From the NCBI GenBank assembly GCA_965197475.1, contig CBDANF010000003.1, forward strand, positions 896,001-960,000: a stretch of DNA of 64,000 nt, in the 5' to 3' direction. Position numbers and translations under genes: made by a program. Positions 40,885 to 50,298 of the stretch are shown one piece after another. Position 1 is the first letter of the stretch. Each line of letters begins with the position of its first letter. A model generated the notes under the pieces. The model was not told where the DNA came from. It made no database searches and was given only the letters and a program-made list of their open reading frames with translations. The stretch is from Candidatus Poribacteria bacterium (GTDB lineage Bacteria; Poribacteria; WGA-4E; WGA-3G).

Positions 40885-42339
40885 TTACATCGGTCCAACG
40901 CGTTCAGGACCTCTGTCCATAGCAAATATTGACGCATCAAAACTTCTTTTTAACAAATCAAATTTAGTATCTTGCTTTTCTGACACATGCCATAGGTTGT
41001 TGAACTCATCCGGGTCATCAACCAAATCGTAGAGTTCTCCCTCTTCGTAACCGTGATATACTACCAATTTATAACGCTTATCCCGATACATCGTTGCGAA
41101 TGTGTGGTCACGCATGTCAAGCGCATTATAATATTCACACCGGACGAAGTCACGATGATGGTTTGCATCTGTTTCACCTCGGAGAATAGGCAATAATGAT
41201 CGTCCGTGCATCTGATCAGGGATAGGTAAACCCGCTAATTCCAACAGTGTCGGTGTTTTGTCAACAAGTTCAACGAGGGCGTTGCTTTCTAAACCGCTTA
41301 CAAAATGCCCTGGCAAGGAGAAAATCAACGGCACCCTGACTAATCCCTCATAAAACCGGCACCCTTTTTGTATAAGTCCATGATCTCCGAGTGTCTCACC
41401 GTGGTCGCTCGTGAAAATGATAACAGTGTTTTCACGTTGCCCTGTTTCATCCAAGACTTCCAGCATCCGACCTAACTGATCGTCAATCAGTTTTATCATT
41501 GCATAATATGCAGCCTTGAGTGTCTTGGCATCCCTTCCACCCACAATCTCAGCTTTAGTTTTAGTGCGCGGTGATCGTGGTAAGATCGGATCCCGTATGT
41601 CTAATTCATCTGGTGTTTGGACTTTCGACTGAAAATCAATTTGACGCAATCGGTGCTGCTGTTCTAAATCACTCTCCCTGAAAAGCGGTTCGGGCATGTC
41701 CGCAGGATTAAACTTTTCCCTATATGATTGTGGCGAATTGAACGGTGGATGCGGGTCATAGATATTAACACTCACAAGCCAAGGTCCGTCCCGTTCCTCG
41801 CGAATGAACTCAATCGTCTTTTCTGCACACCAAGTCGTTTGGTGTAATTCTGGTGGAACGCCCTCCGGATTCCTATTTAACTCACCAAGTGTATACCCTT
41901 TTGAACGAACCCAATCTGCGTAGTCGTGACCTTCCTCCCAGTCATCTCGTGGTGCGTGACTATACTGCCAATATTGATAACCGTCGTTTGCACGTGGTTC
42001 TACTCGGCGAAAAGCACTTGCAAGGTGAAGTTTGCCAATTAAGCCACAATCATAACCGATGTCCGCAAGTATACGCGTTACAAGCGGAAATGTGTCTGGA
42101 AAATAATCGTTCCCGTTACCATTAACATGTGTAGCATTCGGATACATGCCTGTCAAAAAACTCACACGACTCGGAGTGCAAATAGGGCTTTGACAATACG
42201 CATGTGTAAATGCTACGCCTTCTGCAACCAAACTATCAATATTTGGTGTTGACACATGCGGATTGCCTAACGCGCCTATCGTGTCATAACGTTGTTGATC
42301 AGTGCAAATCCATAGGATATTCGGATGTTGAATAGACAT
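40885..42339 (-). CDS. formylglycine-dependent (Cys-type) sulfatase
   Basis: PNILWICTDQQR, CTPSR.SFLTG, GKLH, PHPP, SDHG. Confidence 0.95.
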   Translation of the reverse strand: MSIQHPNILWICTDQQRYDTIGALGNPHVSTPNIDSLVAEGVAFTHAYCQSPICTPSRVSFLTGMYPNATHVNGNGNDYFPDTFPLVTRILADIGYDCGLIGKLHLASAFRRVEPRANDGYQYWQYSHAPRDDWEEGHDYADWVRSKGYTLGELNRNPEGVPPELHQTTWCAEKTIEFIREERDGPWLVSVNIYDPHPPFNSPQSYREKFNPADMPEPLFRESDLEQQHRLRQIDFQSKVQTPDELDIRDPILPRSPRTKTKAEIVGGRDAKTLKAAYYAMIKLIDDQLGRMLEVLDETGQRENTVIIFTSDHGETLGDHGLIQKGCRFYEGLVRVPLIFSLPGHFVSGLESNALVELVDKTPTLLELAGLPIPDQMHGRSLLPILRGETDANHHRDFVRCEYYNALDMRDHTFATMYRDKRYKLVVYHGYEEGELYDLVDDPDEFNNLWHVSEKQDTKFDLLKRSFDASIFAMDRGPERVGPM

Positions 42340-42415
42340 ATATTGTCCTATTTCAGGGCAATCTTTATATCGGGTTTACAAAACCCTCCTACAAGAAAAG
42401 ATAGCGGAACTCACA

Positions 42416-44020
42416 CTATTTGGCAGTCGCGGTAAATCCTGCTGTTTTAATGACTTTTGTAAGTTCATCAACTGTTACTGAGTTTTTCCGCACCTTAATA
42501 ACCGCCTGGTCGGGTAGAGAAACTTCAGCACTGATAACGTTTTGATGTTTTGTAAGTGCATCCTGCACTTTAGCGACACAAGCTCCTCACGTCATACCTG
42601 ACACTGCCAAGGCTACTTCCTCGCTAGCAGCCGTTTTAATTGGCACGGACATGAAAATGTTCAATTGTTTGCCAGAGTTAGCGTCAAATATACGGATTTT
42701 TCCATCAAAACCGCCCGTGGCGAGTTGCAGTTGCGCGCCATCAGGGTGAAAAGCAAGCGCAAACACACTCACAGTATCGCCCTGCATAGATAAAAGCCGT
42801 TTTCCGTTTGCTACGTTATAGATACGTGCTTCACCCGAAGAACCGCCGACTGCAAATTTGCTTCCATCTGCCGAAAAAGCGACTGATTGAATTGAACCCG
42901 ATTGAGGTTCATACGCACGGATAAGGTTGAAGTCTGTGTTGCCGACATCTCTACGGGTTTGACGGAACATTCTGTAAAGCCGAGGAATTCGGTCTTCTCC
43001 AACACTCAAAACCTGGTCTGCATTTGGGTGCCGCGCAATAGCGTTGATTTCTCCGTAGCCTTTGTTGCTTGAGTTAACATCGTCTACAAACGATCCTGTG
43101 TTTACTTCAACTAATTTGAGCGCAGTATCACGACTACAACTGACAAAATGTGTGCCGTCTGTAGAAAAAACAGTCCCGAACACCCAATCACCGTGATTAT
43201 CAAATTTTACAAGTTCCTTCTCGTCCGCAACAGAGATAACGCGTACTGTTTTATCTGAACTTCCAAACGCAACGCGACTGGCATCAGGTGAGAAAGAGAG
43301 TCCGTAGATCGTATCATAAGTGGAACGTATTGCTTTGGTGAGTTTATTTGTAGTGGTATCCCATAGCTGCACCTCGCCAAATTGTGCTGGGGAGCCACCT
43401 GCTACACCCAGTATTTTCCCGTCTTTGGTATAAACGATTGATTGTATCCGCCGCGCTTTTCCTACCAATCGTGCTTTTAGCTCAAAATTCTTTGTGTCAT
43501 ACAACAGAACTTCTCGGACGCCAGACACAGCGAGCATGCTTCCATCGGGTGAGTACGTCATAGCTGAAACAACCGGCGGCACCGTATAACTCGGGTAGTT
43601 TTCACCGTCCATTTCATCTGCTTTCGCGGGCGTATCATCTTTTGCTCCTTCAAGAATCCAACGTTGGATCAATGCTACCTCTTCAGCGGAGAGCGGTTCT
43701 TGGTTCTGCGGCATCGCAGGTGGGTCACCAGAGATAAGTTCAATTATTAAACTCTCATCCGGTTTTCCGGGGATGATTGCTTCTCCTGCCTTCCCACCTT
43801 GCTTGAGTTCAGCAAAAGATGTCACTATCAGATCGCCATTCGGATCGCCGGGGTGATGGCATCCTTGACAACTCCGTTTGAGAATGGGGAAAATCTGTGT
43901 GTGATAACTCACTGGTTCCTCTTTGGCATGGTTATCTGCCGCCACAAACGGACTCCACAGAACAAAACTGAGCAGAAAAATCCTTATATAATTCATAAAC
44001 TTCAATCTTAATATCTTCAT
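42416..44020 (-). CDS. planctomycete cytochrome c + WD40 + HMA fusion, predicted selenoprotein (TGA 42587..42589 = Sec)
   Basis: Signal peptide, CQGCH, WD40 repeats; reading through TGA gives VSGMT-U-GACVAKVQDALTKHQNVISAEVSLPDQAVIKVRKNSVTVDELTKVIKTAGFTATAK* (complete HMA domain), 534 aa. Confidence 0.82.
42548..42586 (-). promoter_or_regulatory. bacterial SECIS-like hairpin
   Basis: mRNA AAGUGCA-GGA-UGCACUU starting 16 nt after UGA, with G first in the apical loop. Confidence 0.65.
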
Positions 44021-44429
44021 GTTTGTTGAAAAACCCTCCCTGTCGTTTCGGCACGTTTTTCAGCCAAGCTACATTACAAATGATATTTTAACATATACTT
44101 TGGGGATAATTATATCACAATTTCACCATACAATTCAAGAAAAATCACTTTTATAATTCAAATCTAAAAATACTTCTACATTTTTCAGAGTTTGCGGCGT
44201 TGATTAACGAAATTGATTGCGTCTCTTACATTCTCATAGCCCTGCGATGCACAACCTAAACACCCAATTAACTCCTCAATTCATGAGTTTTTTCTGTGTA
44301 ACATTTGCAATGGAAGTAACGTAATTTCTTAAACTTGCAATTTTCGAGTATTCACCGCGAAAAGTATTTTTTATTGTCATTCAAATTAAAATTTTCATGG
44401 AATAAGGTATTATAAAAGGAATTGATAGA

Positions 44430-45411
44430 ATGGAAAAACAAGTCTTGAAGTTGAGTTTATGTTTTTTGGGACTGCTGCTTATAGTTACGGGTGGGTGTGA
44501 AAAAGAAAAAACAGAAGACATTACCAAGGTAATACCCGCGACTGAGAAAAAACTTAATGTCGTCGCAACAATTAGCATGATTACCGATATTTTGAATAAT
44601 GTTGGCGGCGATAAAATTGATGTTACCGGAATTATCGGCGAAGGGATTGACCCGCATCTCTATAAACCGACTGCAAGAGATACTAAGCAACTAACGGAAG
44701 CAGATATTATTTTCTACAACGGGTTGAACCTTGAAGTGAGAATTACAGGCACCGTACTTGACAAAATGGCAGATAAAACGAAAGCTGTCGCCGTAACAGA
44801 TAGGATTGATCGTTCACGACTACGGGTAGCGTCTGAATTTCTGGGTGGTTATGACCCGCATGTGTGGCATGATGCATCGCTCTGGATGAATGCGACTGAA
44901 AGGGTGCGAGATACGTTAACTCAAGCTGACCCTAAAAATGCCGAATATTATCATTCTAACGCAAAGAATTACTTGGCAGCATTAGAAAAATTGCATATTG
45001 ACCTGCAAGCCCTCGCAGCACAGATACCTGCTAAGCGTAAGGTTCTTGTCACGACACACGATGCGTTCGGTTACCTCGGAGGTGCTTACGGTTTTCAGGT
45101 GCGCGGACTTTTGGGTATAAACACAGAAGACGAAGTCGGCATCGCCGATGTGAGGGAGCTCGCGGCGTTTATCATTGAACCGTAAAATCCCAACGATGTT
45201 TGTTGACACCTCATCCTCGTCTCGAGGCATTGAGGCTGTTCAAGCTGCTGTTCACGCAAACGGTTTCAATGTCAAAATCGGTGGTGGTCTTTTTGCTGAT
45301 GCAATGGGATCGCCCGGAACGTCTGAAGGGACGTATATCGGCATGATGCGCTACAACATTGATACCATCGTGAACTCGCTTCAAACTGAGTTGGCTTATC
45401 AGGAGCAATGA
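44430..45411 (+). pseudogene. troA: TroA/MntC-like Mn/Zn ABC substrate-binding lipoprotein, frameshifted at about 45180
   Basis: Lipobox VTGGC, DPHLYKP, DPHVW, THDAFGY; second frame KIPTMFVDTS..LFADAMG..TYIGMMRYN. Confidence 0.85.
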
Positions 45412-45485
45412 GGATAGGATTGGTGGGTTATAGTAAAGCTTTTCATGCTGTAAGGCGGGGTCTCTGTGCCTCGCCACTTACATTG

Positions 45486-45859
45486 TCACGAAATCCATGA
45501 TTCAACATGTTCAGCAATTACCTCAATGTCGGTTATTGATCCATCCGCAATTTCATAACCTAACTTAATAATTGAATTATTGATGTCTTTACGCAGATCA
45601 CAATCGTTCAAATCTAAAAATTTGAGTGCGCACGTTAGACCGATACGCTTATTCCCATCCAGAAATATGTGCCTTGTTATTATATGACGGGCATATACAG
45701 CATCTTTTTGGAATATAAAGTTGGGTAGAGTTCCACATCACCAAATTTTGCACTTACTGCTTCGACTAAATAGTCCAACTGCTCTCTATGCAAAAACTGA
45801 TAATTACCCACTTGGGCCTCGGCAATGATTAGAATTTCCTCAATCGTCAAATATTTCAT
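45486..45859 (-). pseudogene. doc: Doc/Fic family toxin, frameshifted at about 45712
   Basis: MKYLTIEEIL..ELYPTL then in another frame HIITRHIFLDGNKRIGL (Doc motif HxFxDGNKR) to TGA 45486. Confidence 0.8.
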
Positions 45860-46088
45860 AGATTGCCGAGGGTTTTCCATGCGTAATCGTAATCTTTCAG
45901 TATTTTATCTAAGGCAATGAGAGAGTTATATTTCATGCATCTGGCAATCGCGAGGTCTAATTTAGCCCTTTCTCGCTTTTTGAGGCGTAACAAGGCTCCA
46001 TCGCGATAGTAATATGCCTCAGCAAAATCGGGATTGAGTGCTATCGCTTTGGAATAGTCAGCAATAGCAAGTTTTACCTGACTTTTTT

Positions 46089-47074
46089 GGCTCATGTAAA
46101 AAGTAAGTGCTATTTTTTCAAAGTTATGTTAGCGTGTTACCTATGGACTTTCCAATACAATCTCTCCTGGATGAAGAAAAAACTCAAGCGTGGGTGTTGG
46201 ATCATTTCCACCTTCAAGGGCTGTGTTGCCCAAAATGCCAAGCGAGCGTGGCGGAGGCACGCAAGTTCCGTCCGACTGAAACAAGTGGTCTACAAGTGTA
46301 TCGCTGCAAACACTGTGAGAGCATCTACAACCTCTATACCGGGACGGTCTTTGCTGGCACGCAGTTTCGTCCCTCACAGGTCGTTCTGCTTTTGCGCGGT
46401 GTCTGTCAAGGTGTTTCAAGTGCACAACTCGGGTGTGAACTGGGTCTAAGTCGTCAAACCGTTCTTTCTATAAGACGTAAACTCCAAACTTCGGCAGAGC
46501 AGATACAACCCGAAGCTGCTTTACCTGATGCTGAAGTCGAAACAGATGAGATGTTTCAAAACGCCGGTGAAAAAGGCGATAAGCACGTTGATGCTTCGGA
46601 TCCGCCGCGTCGGCGTGGCAATAAACGCAGGGGACATGGGACTTATGACAATGATCGTCCGCCTATTGTTGGGACGAAAGGTCGCGAAAGCGGTCTCCTG
46701 AGATTACGTGTTGTGCGGCACACCGATTCTGCGACGCTTTCAACACACGTTCATCAGTGGACGTTGCCGACTTCAACGGTGTATACGGATGGTTGGCGTG
46801 GCTATAACCGTATTCAGCGCGCCCGTGAGATTGTTCTCCATAAGGATGGCGAGTGGGCAAGAGACGCAGACGGTGATGGTCTTTACGAGATCCATACAAG
46901 GACGATTGAAGGTGCCTGGACGACGCTGCGAAACTTCCTTCGTCCCTTTCGTGGCGTTCATAAAAAGTTCCTCGCCGGTTACGTCGCAATCTGTGAGTTC
47001 GTCATGAATCTAAAAGCTGTCAGTGTTGATTTTATAGCAAAACTCGTCAAAAGCACTTACTCTTGACATGAGCG
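46089..47074 (+). mobile_element. IS1595-family IS (986 bp)
   Basis: IRs GGCTCATGTAAAAAGTAAGTGCT and (reverse complement) CGCTCATGTCAAGAGTAAGTGCT; 8-bp TSD ACTTTTTT at 46081..46088 and 47075..47082. Confidence 0.95.
46143..47066 (+). CDS. IS1595-family transposase
   Basis: Zn ribbon CPKC..CKHC, HTH, ETDE..YTDGW..TIEG.W. Confidence 0.92.
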   Translation: MDFPIQSLLDEEKTQAWVLDHFHLQGLCCPKCQASVAEARKFRPTETSGLQVYRCKHCESIYNLYTGTVFAGTQFRPSQVVLLLRGVCQGVSSAQLGCELGLSRQTVLSIRRKLQTSAEQIQPEAALPDAEVETDEMFQNAGEKGDKHVDASDPPRRRGNKRRGHGTYDNDRPPIVGTKGRESGLLRLRVVRHTDSATLSTHVHQWTLPTSTVYTDGWRGYNRIQRAREIVLHKDGEWARDADGDGLYEIHTRTIEGAWTTLRNFLRPFRGVHKKFLAGYVAICEFVMNLKAVSVDFIAKLVKSTYS

Positions 47075-47925
47075 ACTTTTTTTAGCATAGGCTAAACCAC
47101 GATTTTTATACGCAATCGCACCATTGGGATTTAATTCAATCGCTTTGTTATGGTCTTCAATGGCGCGATCAACTTCTCCTTTGTCCTTGTAAATCACACA
47201 TCGATTGTTATATGCACTTGTATAATCAGGTTCCAGTTCAATAGCTTTGTCATAGTTTTGCAGTGCCATATCCATTTCACCCATGATACTGTAAACCTTG
47301 CCGAGATTGTAATAAGCACCAGCATTATTCGGTTTTAGTTCTATTGACTTTTTAAGGTCTGTGAAGGCTTTTTCAATCTCACCTTTTGCGCCGTAAGCAC
47401 TTCCTCTATGGTTATAGGCCTCAGCATAATTTCGGTTCAACTCTATTGCTTTATTGTAGTTTTTAATAGCGAGATCTAACTCACCTTTTCTGAAGTAAGC
47501 ATTTCCGCGATTGTTATATGCACTAGCATCATCTGGGTCTAATTCTATCGCCTTGTTGTAGTCTTCAATGGCGCGATCAACTTTACCTTTACTGAAATAA
47601 GCTGTCCCGCGGTTGCTGTAAGTCATAACATGATACGGATCACATTCTATCGCCTTGTTAAAATCTTTGATCGCTCTGTCAACCTCACTGTTGCTGAAAT
47701 AGGCTGCCCCACGGATGTTATATGCCATAGCATAATTTGGGTTTAGATTTATTGCAGTGTCATAGTCTGTGAAGGCTTTGTCAAACTCGCCCTTTCTGTT
47801 GTAGGCATTTCCGCGATTGTAGTAGACAAGGGGACTATCTGGGTCAAGTTCTATTGCTTTGTTATAATCTTTCGCAATGAGTAGTTTTGGACTTGAGAAA
47901 AATTTTAAAAAATCGCTATAAAGCC

Positions 47926-48091
47926 TTGTGTCCACTGGGTTTATATGGTATAATATAGATAAGAAAATAGGGGGTTGGTAGCCCCCTAAATGAACACAAA
48001 AAGCGAGTTGCTTTTTGACGGTTCTAATCTTATCTGGTATTATATCAGAAATCCGTCAGAAAAAGCAACTCCTATTTCAAGGAGTTATCTG
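47926..48091 (+). promoter_or_regulatory. transposase promoter and structured leader with overlapping antisense promoter
   Basis: TTGTGT-17-TATAAT (47926..47954); hairpins; anti-SD AACTCC versus SD GGAGTT; conserved in copy B. Confidence 0.65.
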
Positions 48092-48973
48092 ATGGATTTG
48101 TTGAAGGTGATGGAGCGTTTTCCCGATCAAGAGAGTTGTATTTCGCATTTAGAGAAGATTCGGTGGCGAGGTAAACCTGTGTGTCCGCATTGTGAAAGCG
48201 ATCATATAGGAGAACGGACAGAAACAGAAATCGGTCGTATCGGTCGTTGGAACTGCCACGAGTGCCAAGTGAGTTTCAAGGTGACGTGCAGGTCGGTGTT
48301 TCACGGGACAAAGATAGCGTTACAGAAGTGGTTTTTGGCTATTTCGTTGATAACGAATGCGAAGAAAAGTTTGTCAAGTCATCAACTTGCGCGCGATTTA
48401 GACTTGAATCAAAAGACAGCATGGTATATCATGACTCGTATCCGTGCTGAAATGGCAAAGAAAGGTAACGTGCTACTACAAGGCATCATAGAGGCAGATG
48501 AAACTTACATCGGGGGTAAACCTCGTAAGCCTAATAAGAAGGAAGACCACGTGCCTGCCAAGCGTGGACGTGGAACAGAGAAAGACGCTATTATCGGGGC
48601 AGTACAGCGGGGCGGGAAAGTTGTAGCACAACTCGCTAAAGATTTGACAGGACGGACTATTTTAGACTTTATCCGAAGAGTCGTCAAAGTTGAGGATTCG
48701 GAGTTGATGACCGATGAGTATAAGGCGTATCTCGCTATCGGCAAGGAGATGAAACACCATATCATAGATCATCAAACGCAATTTGTTGAGGGTGATGTCC
48801 ACACAAACACAATTGAGGGGTTTTGGAGTCTACTCAAACGAGCTTGGTATGGAAGTCATCACCACTACTGGACTAAATATACGCCCCTGTATGTAGCAGA
48901 GGCGTGCTATAAATACAACTATAGGAGCATTGACAGTATCTTTGATAAGTTTGTTAATGAAAGTATGCGGTGA
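48092..48973 (+). CDS. IS1595-family transposase (copy A)
   Basis: CPHC..CHEC, EADETYIGG, TDEY, HTNTIEGFWS; ATG after AAGGAG matches the start of copy B. Confidence 0.95.
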   Translation: MDLLKVMERFPDQESCISHLEKIRWRGKPVCPHCESDHIGERTETEIGRIGRWNCHECQVSFKVTCRSVFHGTKIALQKWFLAISLITNAKKSLSSHQLARDLDLNQKTAWYIMTRIRAEMAKKGNVLLQGIIEADETYIGGKPRKPNKKEDHVPAKRGRGTEKDAIIGAVQRGGKVVAQLAKDLTGRTILDFIRRVVKVEDSELMTDEYKAYLAIGKEMKHHIIDHQTQFVEGDVHTNTIEGFWSLLKRAWYGSHHHYWTKYTPLYVAEACYKYNYRSIDSIFDKFVNESMR

Positions 48974-48982
48974 TGGACACAA

Positions 48983-49255
48983 CTAAAGGTATGCCTTATC
49001 AATCTTGTTCTTTTTGTCATCAGGATTTGAGGGAAAATGCTGTGGAAGTTCAAAAGTTGGCTTTCCATCTTTCAGAGCATCGATCATGTCAAGAGCAAAT
49101 TCCAACCTCTCATTGTCCGTGTCAAAAGGTTTCTGAATCACTACGCGAAAATTTGTATCAAGTTTTACAAGGGCGAGTTCTACAAAACTCTCTGTATGTA
49201 AGGCTAAAAGTGAAAAATCAACAGGATCGGAAGGCGGCTTGAATATTACCCACAT
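48983..49255 (-). CDS. cargo hypothetical protein (90 aa)
   Basis: AAAGGAGA RBS within the conserved spacer; fills the gap to the transposase stop. Confidence 0.65.
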   Translation of the reverse strand: MWVIFKPPSDPVDFSLLALHTESFVELALVKLDTNFRVVIQKPFDTDNERLEFALDMIDALKDGKPTFELPQHFPSNPDDKKNKIDKAYL

Positions 49256-49311
49256 GGGTTTAGTCTCCTTTGGGGTTAGAGGGGACAGAGTCCCCTCGTT
49301 GGTTGGAATTG

Positions 49312-49701
49312 CTAATACCCGTATGGAGAATCAGCAGCTGAAATTAAAATTATCCAAAGTCCCACCATAGTGCCAGTTCCAATAACACATCCTATTGTAG
49401 CATGTGTTATTTGGTCGTTTTTCACAAGTTTTTGATAAATGCTTGTGTAATAAGCAACATATTCTGGTGATTTTCCAAGCAATTTTTCTGGTAGTACCGT
49501 TGGTGTGACAACATACGCAATTAACATACCGGTAACACCAAGTAGACAACCAACAGTTCCCCATATTTGAGTGTTTGCAAGTGTTGCATCACGTCGTGCA
49601 TCAAATATTGCTTGCGCAGCATCACTTGTTTGTTGTGCAAGTGTGAGATATGGCGTAGTGAATAACATCACAACCATTATAAACGACAAAGTTTTCATCA
49701 A
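49312..49701 (-). CDS. cargo secreted/membrane protein (GKSPEY family)
   Basis: Signal peptide, AAAGGA RBS; homologous to 6329..6802. Confidence 0.8.
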   Translation of the reverse strand: MMKTLSFIMVVMLFTTPYLTLAQQTSDAAQAIFDARRDATLANTQIWGTVGCLLGVTGMLIAYVVTPTVLPEKLLGKSPEYVAYYTSIYQKLVKNDQITHATIGCVIGTGTMVGLWIILISAADSPYGY

Positions 49702-49768
49702 TGTTCCTTTTGTGAGGTAAAATGTGTATGTAGGGGATCAAAAGACCCCCTACATGTTTGCAAGCGGA

Positions 49769-49900
49769 TTATTTACACCGCTTGTGAGGTTTGACAGTTT
49801 CTTTCACCGTTGTGGCGGGACGGCGTTTGTCCGTGCCTTTGGGAAGGAACCGTCCATCTTTGGCATCGCGTACACGCGTGCCAGTGGCTTTTTTAGCCAT
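49769..49900 (-). CDS. cargo small basic protein (43 aa)
   Basis: GAGG RBS; MAKKATGTRVRDAKDGRFLP..RRPATTVKETV resembles a recurring mobile-element small-protein pattern. Confidence 0.65.
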   Translation of the reverse strand: MAKKATGTRVRDAKDGRFLPKGTDKRRPATTVKETVKPHKRCK

Positions 49901-50007
49901 AGTATACCTCACTTTGCTTGAGATAAATTGGTGCATAGCGTATTTCCAGTGCGTTATGCACTGTTCAAGCATATAAAATTGATACGTTAAACGGGTATCG
50001 TTCGTAG

Positions 50008-50084
50008 GTTCGTTTACACCTTTCTATGGGTGAGGGCAGGACACAACACAAGGAGTGTTGCGATAGAAATCCTGCCCAACGAAC
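50008..50084 (-). ncRNA. putative structured RNA (three-way junction with bulge-loop pseudoknot), copy A
   Basis: GUUCGUU|GGGCAGGA|UUUCUAU|CGCAACAC-uccuu-GUGUUGUG|UCCUGCCC|u|CACC-cAUAGAAA-GGUG|ua|AACGAAC, just downstream of TTGACA-18-TATACT. Confidence 0.7.
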
Positions 50085-50168
50085 TTGAGAATAGTATAAC
50101 ATGGAAAGAATTTGAGTGTCAAGTGAAAAATTTGAGAAAAAATTTCAAGTCCAAAACTACTCATTGCG

Positions 50169-50270
50169 AAAAACTATTCCAGTTATTACACAAACAATGA
50201 CACCGATCCAAAAAAATATTGAAATGATAGCTGGTGTTATCATTGTTTTAAAATTTAGAAAATCTTTCAT
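50169..50270 (-). pseudogene. DUF4282-like membrane protein 5' remnant, cut by element A
   Basis: MKDFLNFKTMITPAIISIFFWIGVIVCVITGIVF ends exactly at the IR. Confidence 0.7.
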
Positions 50271-50298
50271 GTGGATTCCCCCGTTTTATCCGTTAAGC

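Larger units (their letters stand above)
45856..47872 (-). pseudogene. TPR-repeat protein, interrupted by IS (46089..47074) and 5'-truncated by the element at 47873
   Basis: AYNNRG..Y..KGE.D.AI.DYNKAIEL repeats; removing the IS and one TSD restores AYAKKSQVKLAIADYSKA in frame. Confidence 0.9.
47873..50168 (+). mobile_element. IS1595-family cargo-carrying element, copy A (2296 bp)
   Basis: IR CGCAATGAGTAGTTTTGGACTTGA at both ends; transposase plus three convergent cargo ORFs; flanks do not form a TSD. Confidence 0.92.

Noticed and set aside
47990-48091. N-terminal extension of the copy A transposase in the ORF track
   Set aside because: Copy B starts at the downstream ATG after AAGGAG; the extension overlaps the structured leader
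48970-49242. Plus-strand ORF overlapping the transposase stop (and 58264..58497 in copy B)
   Set aside because: The two show no similarity to each other and overlap opposite-strand ORFs that have strong RBSs; not supported
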